From the human T2T-CHM13v2.0 reference genome, Homo sapiens, in assembly GCF_009914755.1 (NCBI RefSeq), contig NC_060927.1: a DNA stretch of 64,000 nucleotides, one strand, 5' to 3'. The notes beneath the pieces were generated by a model. The model worked only from the letters and a program-made list of their open reading frames with translations, searched no databases and was not told the origin of the DNA. Shown piece after piece: positions 42,840 through 58,925 of the stretch. Both the position numbers and the translations under genes were made by a program. Numbering within the stretch: the first letter of the stretch is position 1; every line of letters begins with the position of its first letter.

Positions 42840-42960
42840 TTATTTGAAACAAGGTCTTGCTATGTTGCCCAGCTGGCCTTGAACTCCTGGCCTCAAGAGA
42901 TTCTCATGCCTCAGCCTCCCAGAGCTTTGGGATTACAGGCATGAACCACCATGCCCAGCC
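42840..42960 (-). mobile_element. FLAM / Alu left monomer
   Basis: ggtcttgctatgttgccc..gggattacaggcatgaaccaccatgcccagcc. Confidence 0.8.
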
Positions 42961-43580
42961 CATAATAGAAAGTTTTAAATTTTAAAATAAAAGTATTCAT
43001 AGACTTGGCTATCATGGATCCTGGTAAAGTAGACTAGTGAACATAATCAGATGTTTCAGTCTTTCCCTGTTGATACTGCTTGCCCTCTGAGCCCATTTCC
43101 TCTCCTGATCATCGCCTGCTATTTCCAATCAACAGAAAAAATAGAGTAGCCTACATATATAATGAGTTTATACTAAGAGGGAAATTTTAATATTATAAAG
43201 AAGTCTATACAGATTCTGGAGAGCATTCCTGAAGAGAAGATTGAGGAAGCAAATGGATTAATTAATGTAATAGTGTGTTCAGTGTGCAATAGGTAACATT
43301 TTATGATATGGTTGAATTTCTGAAAAGGTATCTTATAAATATCAGACCATATTTAAGGAGACTTCCACCTCTACTGATAAAATCTGCCCTTCTCTCTCCC
43401 CCTGACTTTATTGCTGCCCATCTGTAGTTTTGATCTTTTTTCTCTAGGATTCTTTGCCTAGAATTGCCATGGGCCTTCTGGATCTGGAACACGGATGAAG
43501 GAAGAGGATGAATGTTTTTCAGATGTTATCCCTTATGGGAGTAATTTGTAAATTCTAGCTTCTTCGGGTGGGGGGAGGCG

Positions 43581-43582
<2 letters not shown>

Positions 43583-43616
<34 letters not shown>
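43583..43616. repeat. (GT)17 microsatellite
   Basis: Direct reading. Confidence 0.95.
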
Positions 43617-43618
<2 letters not shown>

Positions 43619-43637
43619 TATTTATTTATTTTTTTAA

Positions 43638-44011
<374 letters not shown>

Positions 44012-45504
44012 TAGAAGTTTTACGTCAAATTTTGTCTCTGCAGTTTTCTGAGGAATGAGTATATGTGCTCAAATAATAGCTAAGTATTAAGTCTGAAATA
44101 TTCTAGAAAAACAGTCACAAAGTAGTTATGCCTAGGATGTTTTTGAATATTGGTACTAGAACAAATGGATTCCTACTAGATTTCCTTTTTACTTTCATAT
44201 TCAGATGTAGGAAGAGTTGGAATTCAAAATGTGAAAAGCAGTCTTGAATCTCAGTAAATTCTTAAGAAATTCTTAATTCATTGAAGAGCCATTGGTCGTG
44301 TGTGTTTTTTGGGGAGTGTGTGTGTGTGTTGTTGTTGTTAAGAATTCGGGGATGAGTATGAGGCTATCATTGCTTCTACAAGGCAACTTAATGATAGTTT
44401 GCTGCTTGGCACAACAGGTGAAAGGGCCTTTCTAGAGCAGGGATCTTGGTTTCCCTTTTTCCCACCTAGTAGTATCATTCCATGTATTTACCAGGATATA
44501 CATTGTTTAGTCCTGTCTTGGCTAAATAGGTAATGGTCCTTAAGGACATAAAATGGAAGGATATTGTGCAGAAGAATTACTAGTTCTCCGTAGTGTATTT
44601 TTTTACTGTATTCTCCTCATCAACAGATGGAAAATTTTTAAACTTAGAAGAAAAAACAAGTGTTTTTCTCCAAAAGATTGAGAACCACTGCTTTTAAGTT
44701 ATTAATGGAGGTCTTCAATGGATTTGTTAAAAATCTGGAGCATGGATTTTTTTTTTTTAATTTTTTTGTTATTGGTTACTGAGTATTGGAAAAGGAAATA
44801 CAGTATTCAAAAACAGTAATGTTCAGGATTTGGAACTATTTTACTCAGGAAAAAATAAGTTTATAAATAGACATTTTAATGAAAAGGAAAATAGCAAATT
44901 TATGGAAATCTGAGATAGTCTGTGTTTTGCTTCACTCTGTTTAGTGCTAGAATTCTGGACTTTGTTTGGGGTCAAACTCTGATATGACAGGAAAACTAAC
45001 AGATGATTAAAAGAGACAGTAACATAAATGGGAAAGTTTAAATATGGTATATGGTTTTAATTATATTTTGTATAAGAAAGCAGTTTATACCAGTTGTATT
45101 CCTAACTAAAAAGTACTATTTTATCAGTTTCCTGGGACTAATTTATTATAAGTTAATTAATGACATGAGCATTTTGGCCCAAATACAGTTGAAATGTTCA
45201 TTGAAACTGGATCAAAGATGAGCATATGTGTCAAGGCTTTAAAATCATTTTTCATATTAAGATTTCCAGAGAAAGTTTTTGTAATATATAAGTTAAATAT
45301 TTTTAATGCTTTAGATGACAGGAACTGTTGAAGGTCCTGGATCTCATAACAAGCCACTAGCTAGCTGATCCAAAGACATTTGGCCCCATGGGCTTCTAGG
45401 AAGACAAATGTGCTTACCATTTCAAAGATTTTATTTTGCTCAGTAACCTACTAGACATATATTAGTGTTTGTTTGAGTTGGTCGTTGTCTTCCATTGCTG
45501 TTAT

Positions 45505-45968
45505 TTTATTATTATTATTTTTTTAATTTTAGAGACAGGATCTCCTTGTCACCCAGGCTGGAGTGCAGTGGCACAGTCATAGCTCACTGCAGTCTCAACT
45601 CTTAATTAGGCTCAAGGGATCGGGATCCTCCCACCTCAGCCTCTTAAATAGCTTGGACTACAGGTATGCACCACCACTCCTGGCTGTCTTATTGTGTTGC
45701 CCAGGGTGGCCTCAAAACTCCTGGCCTCAAGTGATTCTCCTAAGTCAGCCTCCCAAAGCGCTAGGATACAGGTGTGAGCCACCCTGCCCAGCCCCATTGC
45801 TGTTGAACTTTTTTTTTTTTTTAAAGACAGGCTCTGGTTCTGTTGCCCAGGCTGGAGTGCAGCAGCGCAATCTCAGTTCACTGCAAGCCACCCACCGAGC
45901 TCAAGCCATCCTCCCACCTCAGCCTCCTGAGTAGCTGGGACTATAGGTGTGCACCACCATGCCTGGCT
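45505..45968 (-). mobile_element. Two adjacent AluJ-like elements
   Basis: Reverse Alu to about 45793, then a right-arm fragment from about 45808. Confidence 0.85.
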
Positions 45969-47411
45969 ACTTTCTTTGTAATTTTTTTGTGGTTCAAATA
46001 GGAATCTTCCACGTGCATCCAAAATATTTTTGGTTTGTGACACTCAGTGTTATTATTGACTCATTTTTCCATTGGAAGGTGTGCCTCAGAGTGGGTGAGC
46101 CTTTTTGCCCTCAGTCTTCTGTCAGCACTCTAAGACTCCAAGTACTCTAAGAGATTGCTCACTAAAAATAAGAACAGCTGGCCATCTACCTCAAATGTGA
46201 GCCGTCACTTTTGTGATATAATCAGTCCTTATCTTTAGTACACAGATTTATGGAATATCACACTCACTGTCTGCCTGCTTTGGGGTGTTTCTCCTGTGTC
46301 ATTCATTTTTGTATATTGGCATATAGCAAATATAGGAATGCTGTGTCGCAGCTGTGGGTCATGTATGTACTTGCAGTTAGCTCTTGCTCCCAAGAATGCA
46401 AGAAATTTATCAACAAACTCGTGTCATAAAAATAGTTTACAGTGATTTTTTTCTTAAAATATTTCAATGATTAAGACTTTTTTTAATAACCACAAGTGTA
46501 TAATTGTAAAACCTAAGCATTACTCAGCAAATCTAGCAATTGTTGAATTGCATAAGCTTCTTGTTCATTGGAACTTTTGCTAAAGAATTATGACCTTTGA
46601 TTTCTTATCACCATGACCTATCATTATGATAAACATGCCCCTCTTATGTATCCTTATACCCATTATAAGGATAAACAAGGGATAGCTCCACCCACCAGAT
46701 GTCATAGACACAACTGGTATTTTGGGGATTTTGCTGTAGACTAATCCTGGAAGGAAGAGAGGTTATAGATAAAATAAGATTGGCCATGAATTGATTGTTG
46801 ATTAAAGCTGGGTAGGGAACATTGGGTTTTCTCTGGTTTTATATTTATTTGAAGTTTTTCACCATAAAGTTTTTTTTTTTTAAGATAAAAAATAAAAGCA
46901 TGAATAGTGTAAACAAAGTTTTGAAGGAGAAGGAAACAGGTTAGTAGCTAATTAACAAAAATGTTCTTGTTCCATTCAGGCACAGGAGTTTGGACTAGCC
47001 CAATAAGCATTAAGGAAACCATTATTTGTAGATTTCAGATAATGCAATGATAGTAACCAAAGTTATGCTCTAGAAGGGATAACATCATGGAAGAATATAG
47101 AGTAGATTGGAGGGTTCACACCCCAGAGGTAGTGAGACCAGTTCACTGCTATTATATAATGCTACCTTGAAATCATAGGGAGGCGACTGATGTGGTTTGC
47201 TAAAAGTCTCCAAAAATTTCAAAGGAGAATAGCTCTTCAGTCAGGTGCTAGTGCCAGCACAACAAAAAAGAGGGTTTTTTCCCTCATTTGGCCAGGGCAT
47301 GGATTTGGACCATGTGGGTGTCATAATGGAGTATACCAAGTGATTTTGTTCCTATGATGAAAGTGAAGTCCATATTTTGTCTCCTGTCTTTTAGTAAATC
47401 AGTATAGATAA

Positions 47412-47715
<304 letters not shown>

Positions 47716-47838
47716 AAGTCTTTTTTTTTTTTTAATTATTTTATTCTTTATTTTTTTCCCCACATATTCTAAAATAAGTCTCTTACAGTGTCTAGGTTTC
47801 TTTCCAAAGGTGATTAAAAATGAAGCATCATATTTTAA

Positions 47839-48147
<309 letters not shown>

Positions 48148-48495
48148 GAACAGAGTTTTGATAATTTGTTTGAAACGAAGCACTCAAATCTTCTAGTTTA
48201 TTTGCATTTGCAGTCAGACCTCTACAGATGCCAGCTAGATTACAGATGGCTAGCATAAGTTTTTTTCATTACAGAAAGAAGAAATTTAGAGCTTAGTGCG
48301 GTCTATTAAAAGAATTAAAGGTTATGTCAAAGGACAACTATAAGAAAGTACTTTGGTTCTGAATATTGCTTCAGCTAGGGTTTATTTTGAAGCTCCTAGC
48401 CCAAATTTGTAGAAATGCAACTAAGATCTAATATTTAGTGTGTAAGAACTTTACAGGACATCCAGTCAGTAGTAGTCTTAAAAGTGAATCACATA

Positions 48496-49112
<617 letters not shown>

Positions 49113-49265
49113 TAGGCAAACCTGAACAGTTTGCAAGTTGCCTACCCTTTTCTACTTTGGATAAAATAAACCTCTTAAAATAGCACTTAACATAGTAATA
49201 TATGTATATTAATAGTAGTTACTTCATGTTTGTTGAATGAATGAATGAAAAAAGTAGCAAATCTA

Positions 49266-49514
<249 letters not shown>

Positions 49515-51221
49515 TTATAACTCAGATGTTGCTATCTAAGGTAAGTAGTAATTACTATAATAAACAAGCTATATATTAACATCTTAATTTTCTTTCCTCT
49601 GAACTTTACTACTGTAGGTGTGTAGTGAACTTCATACAAGTTAATCTTTTTGTAGCTCTATTTCTTCATTTCTGTTTGTTCATCGGTTGGAGAAATTTTG
49701 CTTAAATTAATGAAAGTAAAAATACAGATATTAATGGCTCATAAATGTGCACAACCCACTTCATCTATAGTAAGTAAAAGTGGCTCCCATTTTGGGGTTT
49801 GAAAATGAAGAAGATCTGAATTCACAGAGAGGAGGCACGTGTAGAGATATGAGAAGTTCTTTTCCTACTCTACTTTGGTACATTGGTCTCTAACACATGT
49901 TCTGAGCCTCAGAACACAGTAGAACAGAACCTTCAGAAAGTGTTGAGAGTATAACTCTTTAAAGAGGTTTAGTCAGTCTAAATTATTTGAGGGCATCATC
50001 TTTATTTGGTACTTAGAAGTCTAAAATCTTCCTGATTGTTGTTAAGGTTACAAAGAGTCTGTGTATTGTTGGTTAGTTGAGCAGTAAATACCTTTTTATC
50101 ATTGTTAAATGGGTTGTAAATAAAATATTTTTCTTCAGTGTTAAAATAATTTATGATCACAATATTTAGATAATAATAATAATAATTCTGTTATTTATGA
50201 TATGTAGTCTTATCCTACTGCCACTCCCCTCTTCTGCTCCACATACTACTAAGTATGACTTGGTCTCTATAATACGCACTAATTATGAAGTTTTTTACGG
50301 AGAAGGAAATTCTTAATATAGACTAGGATTTTTTTTCAGTTGTCTTTTAATGGCCTTTTATTCTAGTAAACTTAGATTTCTTATAGACATCGGTTTATTG
50401 TGCCGAGCTCAGTAGCTCCTAGAGGGAGTATAAATTTAGGCAAAGGAATCAAGGAATAAACTGGTATTGTAGAAGAGATGGGAGAAAAGGAAATTTTTAT
50501 TTTTGCTTTAAATTACTAAATCATGATGTTTCCTGTCTCTCAGTGCTTACCCCAATCAGTGTTTCTCTCTTTTCTTTTTTCCTTTCAGTCCCGAACCCCT
50601 AAAATTCTTTGCTTGCATTAACTTGCTTCAGATTATAAGCCTAATTTTACTGTTCCAAATACATGAACTTTTCACTGTATCTCCAAGTGCTCTTTTAGAG
50701 TTCATCTCTTTGTTTTCCAGTAACTCATATTTGTTTCTTCTTATGCTTAACACTTCTCTCTCATTTTTTTTTTTCATGTTTCTCACATTTTTTCTTTCCA
50801 CATTATCTGCTGTAGCAAACTTGAAATATATGCTTTTGGAGAAGAGTAAAAACAGTGTTTAGCCATATTCAGGTTATTAGCAGCAGCTCCTCTTTCTTCA
50901 CATATACTTAAAGGGACCAGAAAGTTATTTAAGCTCTTACTTGCTACAAATGCTGTTCCATGTGCTCCTATGAGTCAGCACAACAGGTATTTTTTTTTTT
51001 TTTATTGTACAGATGAGAAAACTGAGACTTTGAGACATTCTATGAATTGCCTGAGCTAGTTGGCAGCAGTGCCAGGATTCATAGAAATTTGGAGCAGGAA
51101 GACAACACAATGAAGATTTTACTTTGAGGAATTTAGGGTTCATCTATGTAAAGTGATTTTTCTGAGGTCACTAATTATGTTGTAGGCTAGAACTCAAGTC
51201 TCCTAACTCCTAATATAGTGC

Positions 51222-51368
51222 CTTTTTTTTCTTTTCTTTTTTTATTTTTTTAGGAGATGGGTCTCACTATGTTGCCCAGGCTGGTCTTAAACTCCTGGGC
51301 TCAAGCAATCCTCCTGCCTCAGCCTCCCAAAGTGCTAGGATTACAGGTGCAAGCCACCGCACCTGGCC
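51222..51368 (-). mobile_element. FLAM_C-like monomer
   Basis: gggtctcactatgttgcccagg..cacctggcc. Confidence 0.8.
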
Positions 51369-54300
51369 TCTAAGAGTGCTTTTTCCTAGCATACTTTTCT
51401 TCTCCTAAGGTAAAAGGCTGTTTGTCATGGTACAGCTACGGTGATTTTACTTGAGATATTTGACTTTGAGATGGAGATGAAGATAAGTATATAATGCAGC
51501 TGCCACATTCATTCTCATACAAGGTAAAGTCATTCAAAAGATAAATCGAAGAACTATAGATGTATTTAAGAAGAAATTCAGCCTATATGTAACAACAAAA
51601 TTTTGAATAATCAAGTTCAGAAATTGGATTTTTAAAAACTTATTAGCTACTTTAACCCTTTTGAAATATTCCCAAAAAGTGTTTTCTCTTCCTGAGTTAA
51701 ATTTATTCGTTTATTGACCTATTAAAGATTTTTTTAGTGCTTCAGAGCTATTCTGTATATCTGTTCATTTTCGTTATTTAGTAGTATATAGAAGTAATAG
51801 ATTGGGCTGAATAGATTTATTTCAGGATATATCTTAGATATTTGTGTTTTTTCATGAATCCCAGTTTAAGGGTTATTGCTTTCAAAAGGAAGAAATTTGG
51901 TTAGTCATGACTTTTGGCTAGTTGAAGTTTAGAGAAGTGCTTTATACAGGATCTTTTATTTAGTGAGAAAAAAATAACTTTTTATAATTTTATAATACTG
52001 TGTGAAAAACCTGATACCAAAACTTCTGAAAAAGAAACCAGGCCTAGGAGATGAGGATTCTAGGGAAGATTATTAAATTGAGGATATTTTTAAGTTAGAT
52101 TCTAAATTAGTAAATCGTGGCTAATAAGATGAAAATAATCTGATCCTTTAGTAAGATCTGAAGTAATATTGTTGCCCTGCAAAAAAGTGGTTGTTATCAG
52201 CATACCTTATATGTCAGCCTAAGCAAGATTAGATTTTCTCTTTTCTCTGATAGATGCCAATATTTAACATTGACTTTTATCTACTTTCAAAAATATCTAT
52301 GAAATATACTTTCTGTCTCTGAATTAGAGTGTATGTATATTTGTGTTTACTTGAAATGTTATAGCTGGATGATAGATTTCAGAGCAGTTTTTATGCTTAG
52401 GGAAGCCACTGCCTCCCAAAAAGGTTTTCTTATGAGAATGAGGAAAATAAGTATAAATTTTCATATTTATGTTATTACTATTGATGTGCTTGGATAATTG
52501 TATTTATAAAAGTAAAAAATGTTCAGTATTTTATCTGAAATTTAATAATGGATATTGTACAGCCTAAGGAATTAAAAGAAAAAGGACCCTTTGAGAAAAT
52601 GGCTTGTTCTTATGTATCTTAATATATACTGTGTTCACTTTATGTTTTGTCAGACACTGAAATTGAGGAAGAGAGATTTTGGCGTTCTGTTGGTTTATGG
52701 AGAGAGTTGATCAGAGATTGCTCCTTGGCTGAGTTGCTGTCTGCATAGGCTGTTAACAATTGTTTCTCTGGCAGCAGATCTTGTTCATCAGGATTGCATC
52801 ATTTCTGGGAGAATGGCCAAGGTCCACAGCCTCAATACAAAGACTGTCTGAAGCATATGAGGCCTGTTCTCTTTCTGAAGCGGCACTCCTCTTCCTGCCA
52901 GTCCTCTTCACAGGATTACTGAAGCAGACTTGTTCTGAATTTCTTTCGTTGGATTGGTTGTTTATTGGACTTTTGTCTGCCAGCTGCTTCCGCCTCACCT
53001 GTCTGATGCAATTTCTTCTTCTGAAATCTGTTGGAATTGTTCATAAAACACTTTTTGTTTGTCTTCTCTGTGAGTGACCAGGGAGATCATACAGGTCTTG
53101 TGCTTTCAGCAAGTCATATAGAGAAGAGACTGTCAGAATGATGATACAGAGACTGTTGGCCATTTCTGAAACCAATTAAAAAGATGGGGTAATTAAGAAA
53201 CATTTCTGGCATGTTCTATTTAACATCCTTTTCCCTAGAAACTGTATGTAAATGGCACCTCCTAAAGAGAGTACTCGGTACTACTGGAAGATACAGGCTG
53301 TGTCTGTTTCTGAATCCAAGAACTTACTAGTGTTCCTGTGGATTCTGATGGATTGTTCTGGAAATAGTTAAATTAATAATAAATTGAAACTGTGATGCAT
53401 TCATTTACCCCCTACTGTACACTCACATCTATTTCGCTGTTTTCCTCCTTTCCTTTTTTTCTTTCTTATTTGCTATTGCTTCTTCCTTGATTTACTTTAT
53501 TTCTTCCTTCCTTTTACTGTTACTTTGATACTTTTATTTCTCTAATTCTGGGTGTACTATTTTAAATCGTTTCTAAAAAATAGTTTATTTTCCAGTTTTT
53601 TAAAATTAGAAATCATAAAACATCAACATAAATGAAATGCATGCGTTCTAATGCTTGGTAACTGGAATCCTATGAATAGCTCTTTTCATGTTTATGATAT
53701 GTTAATCTTTAAGGTGTTAATAACTCTGGCTAGCGTTAAATTTGACTTTTAGGAAAAAACACCAGAGACTTAAAGGATACTGATCATTTTCCCTTCCTTT
53801 TTGGAAGGTAGAAAATTAATTTAAGCGCCATTTTTTAAGCATGTTTCCATTTGACCGCAAATAGAACTGACTCCTTTTTATCACTCTTTTTTATAGTAGG
53901 ACAAGAAACTAGATGGTGTGGAATGAAGGGAAAGAAAGGAGTAATAAATATGGACTTGTAATTTAATGGGTGATGATGGCCCCTTGTCTGGCTGGACAGT
54001 TGTCGGACATCGGGTTAAAGAAAGAACTCTGAATTTGAGAAGTGTTCAGTGAAGAAGGGAAGCACCTTTTAGGAGAGAGAAAAAGAAGGGATCCCTTGGA
54101 AAATGAGATAATTCTAATTTGAAGGAAGAGGAAAAATTAGCCAGTGACATAAGTATTTACCATTTAAGTCAAATAATTTCCTTCTCTACCATCTCGTTTC
54201 TGGCTTTATGGAAAAATAAAAAATTAAAGGGCAAAAAATTCAGTGCCGGATGGACGTAGGGTGGTAAACGAGATAGTATAGATGTAGGATGATAAACAAG

Positions 54301-54397
54301 ACAGTATACAGAAACATAATATAGCTGTAGAATTCCATTCTGTGTGTTCATCAATGTTATTTCTTTCTGTACTAATTTTTGTCTCAACTTTTTCTAG

Positions 54398-54457
54398 GTC
54401 TTCAGAACTACTAGCAGATAATTTGGGGGGACTTCATATTCAGAAGTCTATATAAAG
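54398..54457 (+). other. SETD5: SETD5 non-coding exon 2 (60 nt)
   Basis: Branch-like tactaat, pyrimidine tract, ttctag|GTC acceptor and AAG|gtgact donor. Confidence 0.8.
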
Positions 54458-54982
54458 GTGACTGACCCAAGTAAATCCTTTTAATTTCTGTTTTATTTTT
54501 TGCATTTTAATGACTGCTGGAATCATGTTGTAGTAAATTGTGATTATAATTTACTTAGCAGATATTTCTGGAACTTCTCTACGTGTCAGTTATTGTTTTG
54601 GCCATTGAAACTACAGCAGTGGATAAAAATCCCTGTTCTCATAGAGTTTATATTCTGGTAGGAAAAAACAAACAAATTATAATAAGAAAATACTGCATTT
54701 AGATGATCTGTTAAATGTTCCTCGGTTAACATTTTAATAGCTACATTTTACAGAGTTACTTAGGGAAGGAACTATTCTTAGGGTAATATTTGAGAAATTT
54801 GGGATTATTAACAGAATTTGAATTAAGAAGCCTCATCATTATTAAAGCATTAGTTAGAATGAGATGGTCAAGCTAACCTATTATGGTTGCTTTCATCAGA
54901 AGAATGAAACAGTCATGTTAAACTAGACACAAGGAAAATGGAATAATTTTTATGAAATAGAAATTTATAGTTACCGACAATG

Positions 54983-55765
<783 letters not shown>

Positions 55766-56087
55766 TAATGATATTAAGTACGGTTTTTGGTTTAAGTCTT
55801 TTACTGAAAATATAAAACAATTCAGATTCCCTTTGCTGATCAGGGGAGGTACGGTGATAATCAGACTTTCATATGATTATCTGGTCAGACAGCTTTGGGG
55901 CTTTTCTTTTAATCTGAATTATACAGTAAGACTAATAGAAAGAGTTGTGACCAACAGCCCCCAGTATTTAACTGTCTTTTGGGTTTACTTGATGAGTGTT
56001 CTTGTTTTATCATTTACAGATTTTACTTCAATTTCCCAAAGGCTTAGAAGATGTACTGCCAAGGTCTCTGTTTGGATATACTGTTAG

Positions 56088-57100
<1,013 letters not shown>

Positions 57101-57181
57101 CACAATTTTTTTTATTTGCATTAATATCAAAGTAAGATTGGAGCATCTCAGACCATCTACCATTTACAATTTACATTAACC

Positions 57182-57481
<300 letters not shown>

Positions 57482-57969
57482 TTACATTAACCCCCTGGGT
57501 TGACTCAGTTGGTATCATGTACTTTTCATTCCTTTAGTTTTTTTAGTATTAATAATTGTTCTAATGTCTTATTATGAATCAGTGTATCAGTCATGACTCT
57601 CTTTGTAGTCTTTTTTGCAAAAGTCCTTGTTAACATGGGTCTTTGACATTCACATTGACTTTATTCCCCCCCAAATAAAATGCTTTTTGTTTCATCCTTT
57701 CAATGTTTTTTACACTACTGTAAAACTACTAATGTAAAGTCACACAAAGAACACTTGTTTCCCTCTGCACCATACCTCCAAATCTCTTAATCTATTTTTG
57801 CATTTTTTTATACTTCAGTAATTTCTGAGTCTTTCTGTTCCCAGCTTTCACTGGTTTATGGTCACCATGTCAAGCTATCCTCACCACTTTTTCATACACA
57901 GTTGTTTAGTCTTTATCATGAAACTGTACTCTTCGTGATTTCGGGGGTTTTTTTGTTGTTTTTAAAAAG

Positions 57970-58072
57970 TAGTCAACTTTTTTAGAGCAGTTTTAGGTTC
58001 ACAGGAAAATTCATCAGGAGATACAGAGATTTCCCATGCACCCTCTGCACCCACGCATGCATAGCCTCCTCC
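57970..58072 (-). mobile_element. L1M 3'-end fragment
   Basis: tttagagcagttttaggttcacaggaaaatt..acagagatttccca. Confidence 0.7.
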
Positions 58073-58737
58073 TGGTTTATATTTTTGTTCATATCTAGCA
58101 GCGTATTATTACCCCACAAATAAAGTTGCTAAGATGATTGCATCTTCTCCCAAAATTATAGTTAAGATGATTTAAAAGAAGGAAGAGAGTGTTCAATGAC
58201 AAAAGAAGGCACTAAGAAACAGCTGTTTCCAATCAAGTATAAACAACAAATTGATCTCTTTTAATTTGGAAGAAATAACATTATTGACTGCTTGTGAAAC
58301 TGCATTTATTTGTGGCCTAGGAAAAAAACTTAAATGAAGATCTTGAATTTTTAAAGAGTTTAGGTAAACTGGGATATTTTTAATAACCATCCTTTATCTT
58401 AAAACTTGTTTGCTATATCCTAGGCTGCCAGAAAATTTTGTTTGGGCAGTTTTAGAATGGGGAGAATGTGTTGGTTAGTGAGATAGGCAGACTCTTCCTT
58501 TCCCTTCAACTGAAAAGAAAAACAAAAGTAAACATAACTTTTTGCCCCCTACTTTGTGAAACATTAATGAAATGCATAGTAAACATGGGACACTGTGGCT
58601 GTATTTATTTTATAATTATCCCTTAAAAGCCTTATTCAAGAATGCAGAAAAATATTCAGTAACATTTAAGATAAACTTGAAGAACTATCTGATAACTAGG
58701 TATTTATTTTACTAGATATTTTCCTTTTCTGTTACAG

Positions 58738-58925
<188 letters not shown>

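Noticed and set aside
52753-52790. Insulin/relaxin A-chain-like ICCQRNNC
   Set aside because: Spacing is CC-x4-C rather than CC-x3-C-x8-C, and no B chain is present
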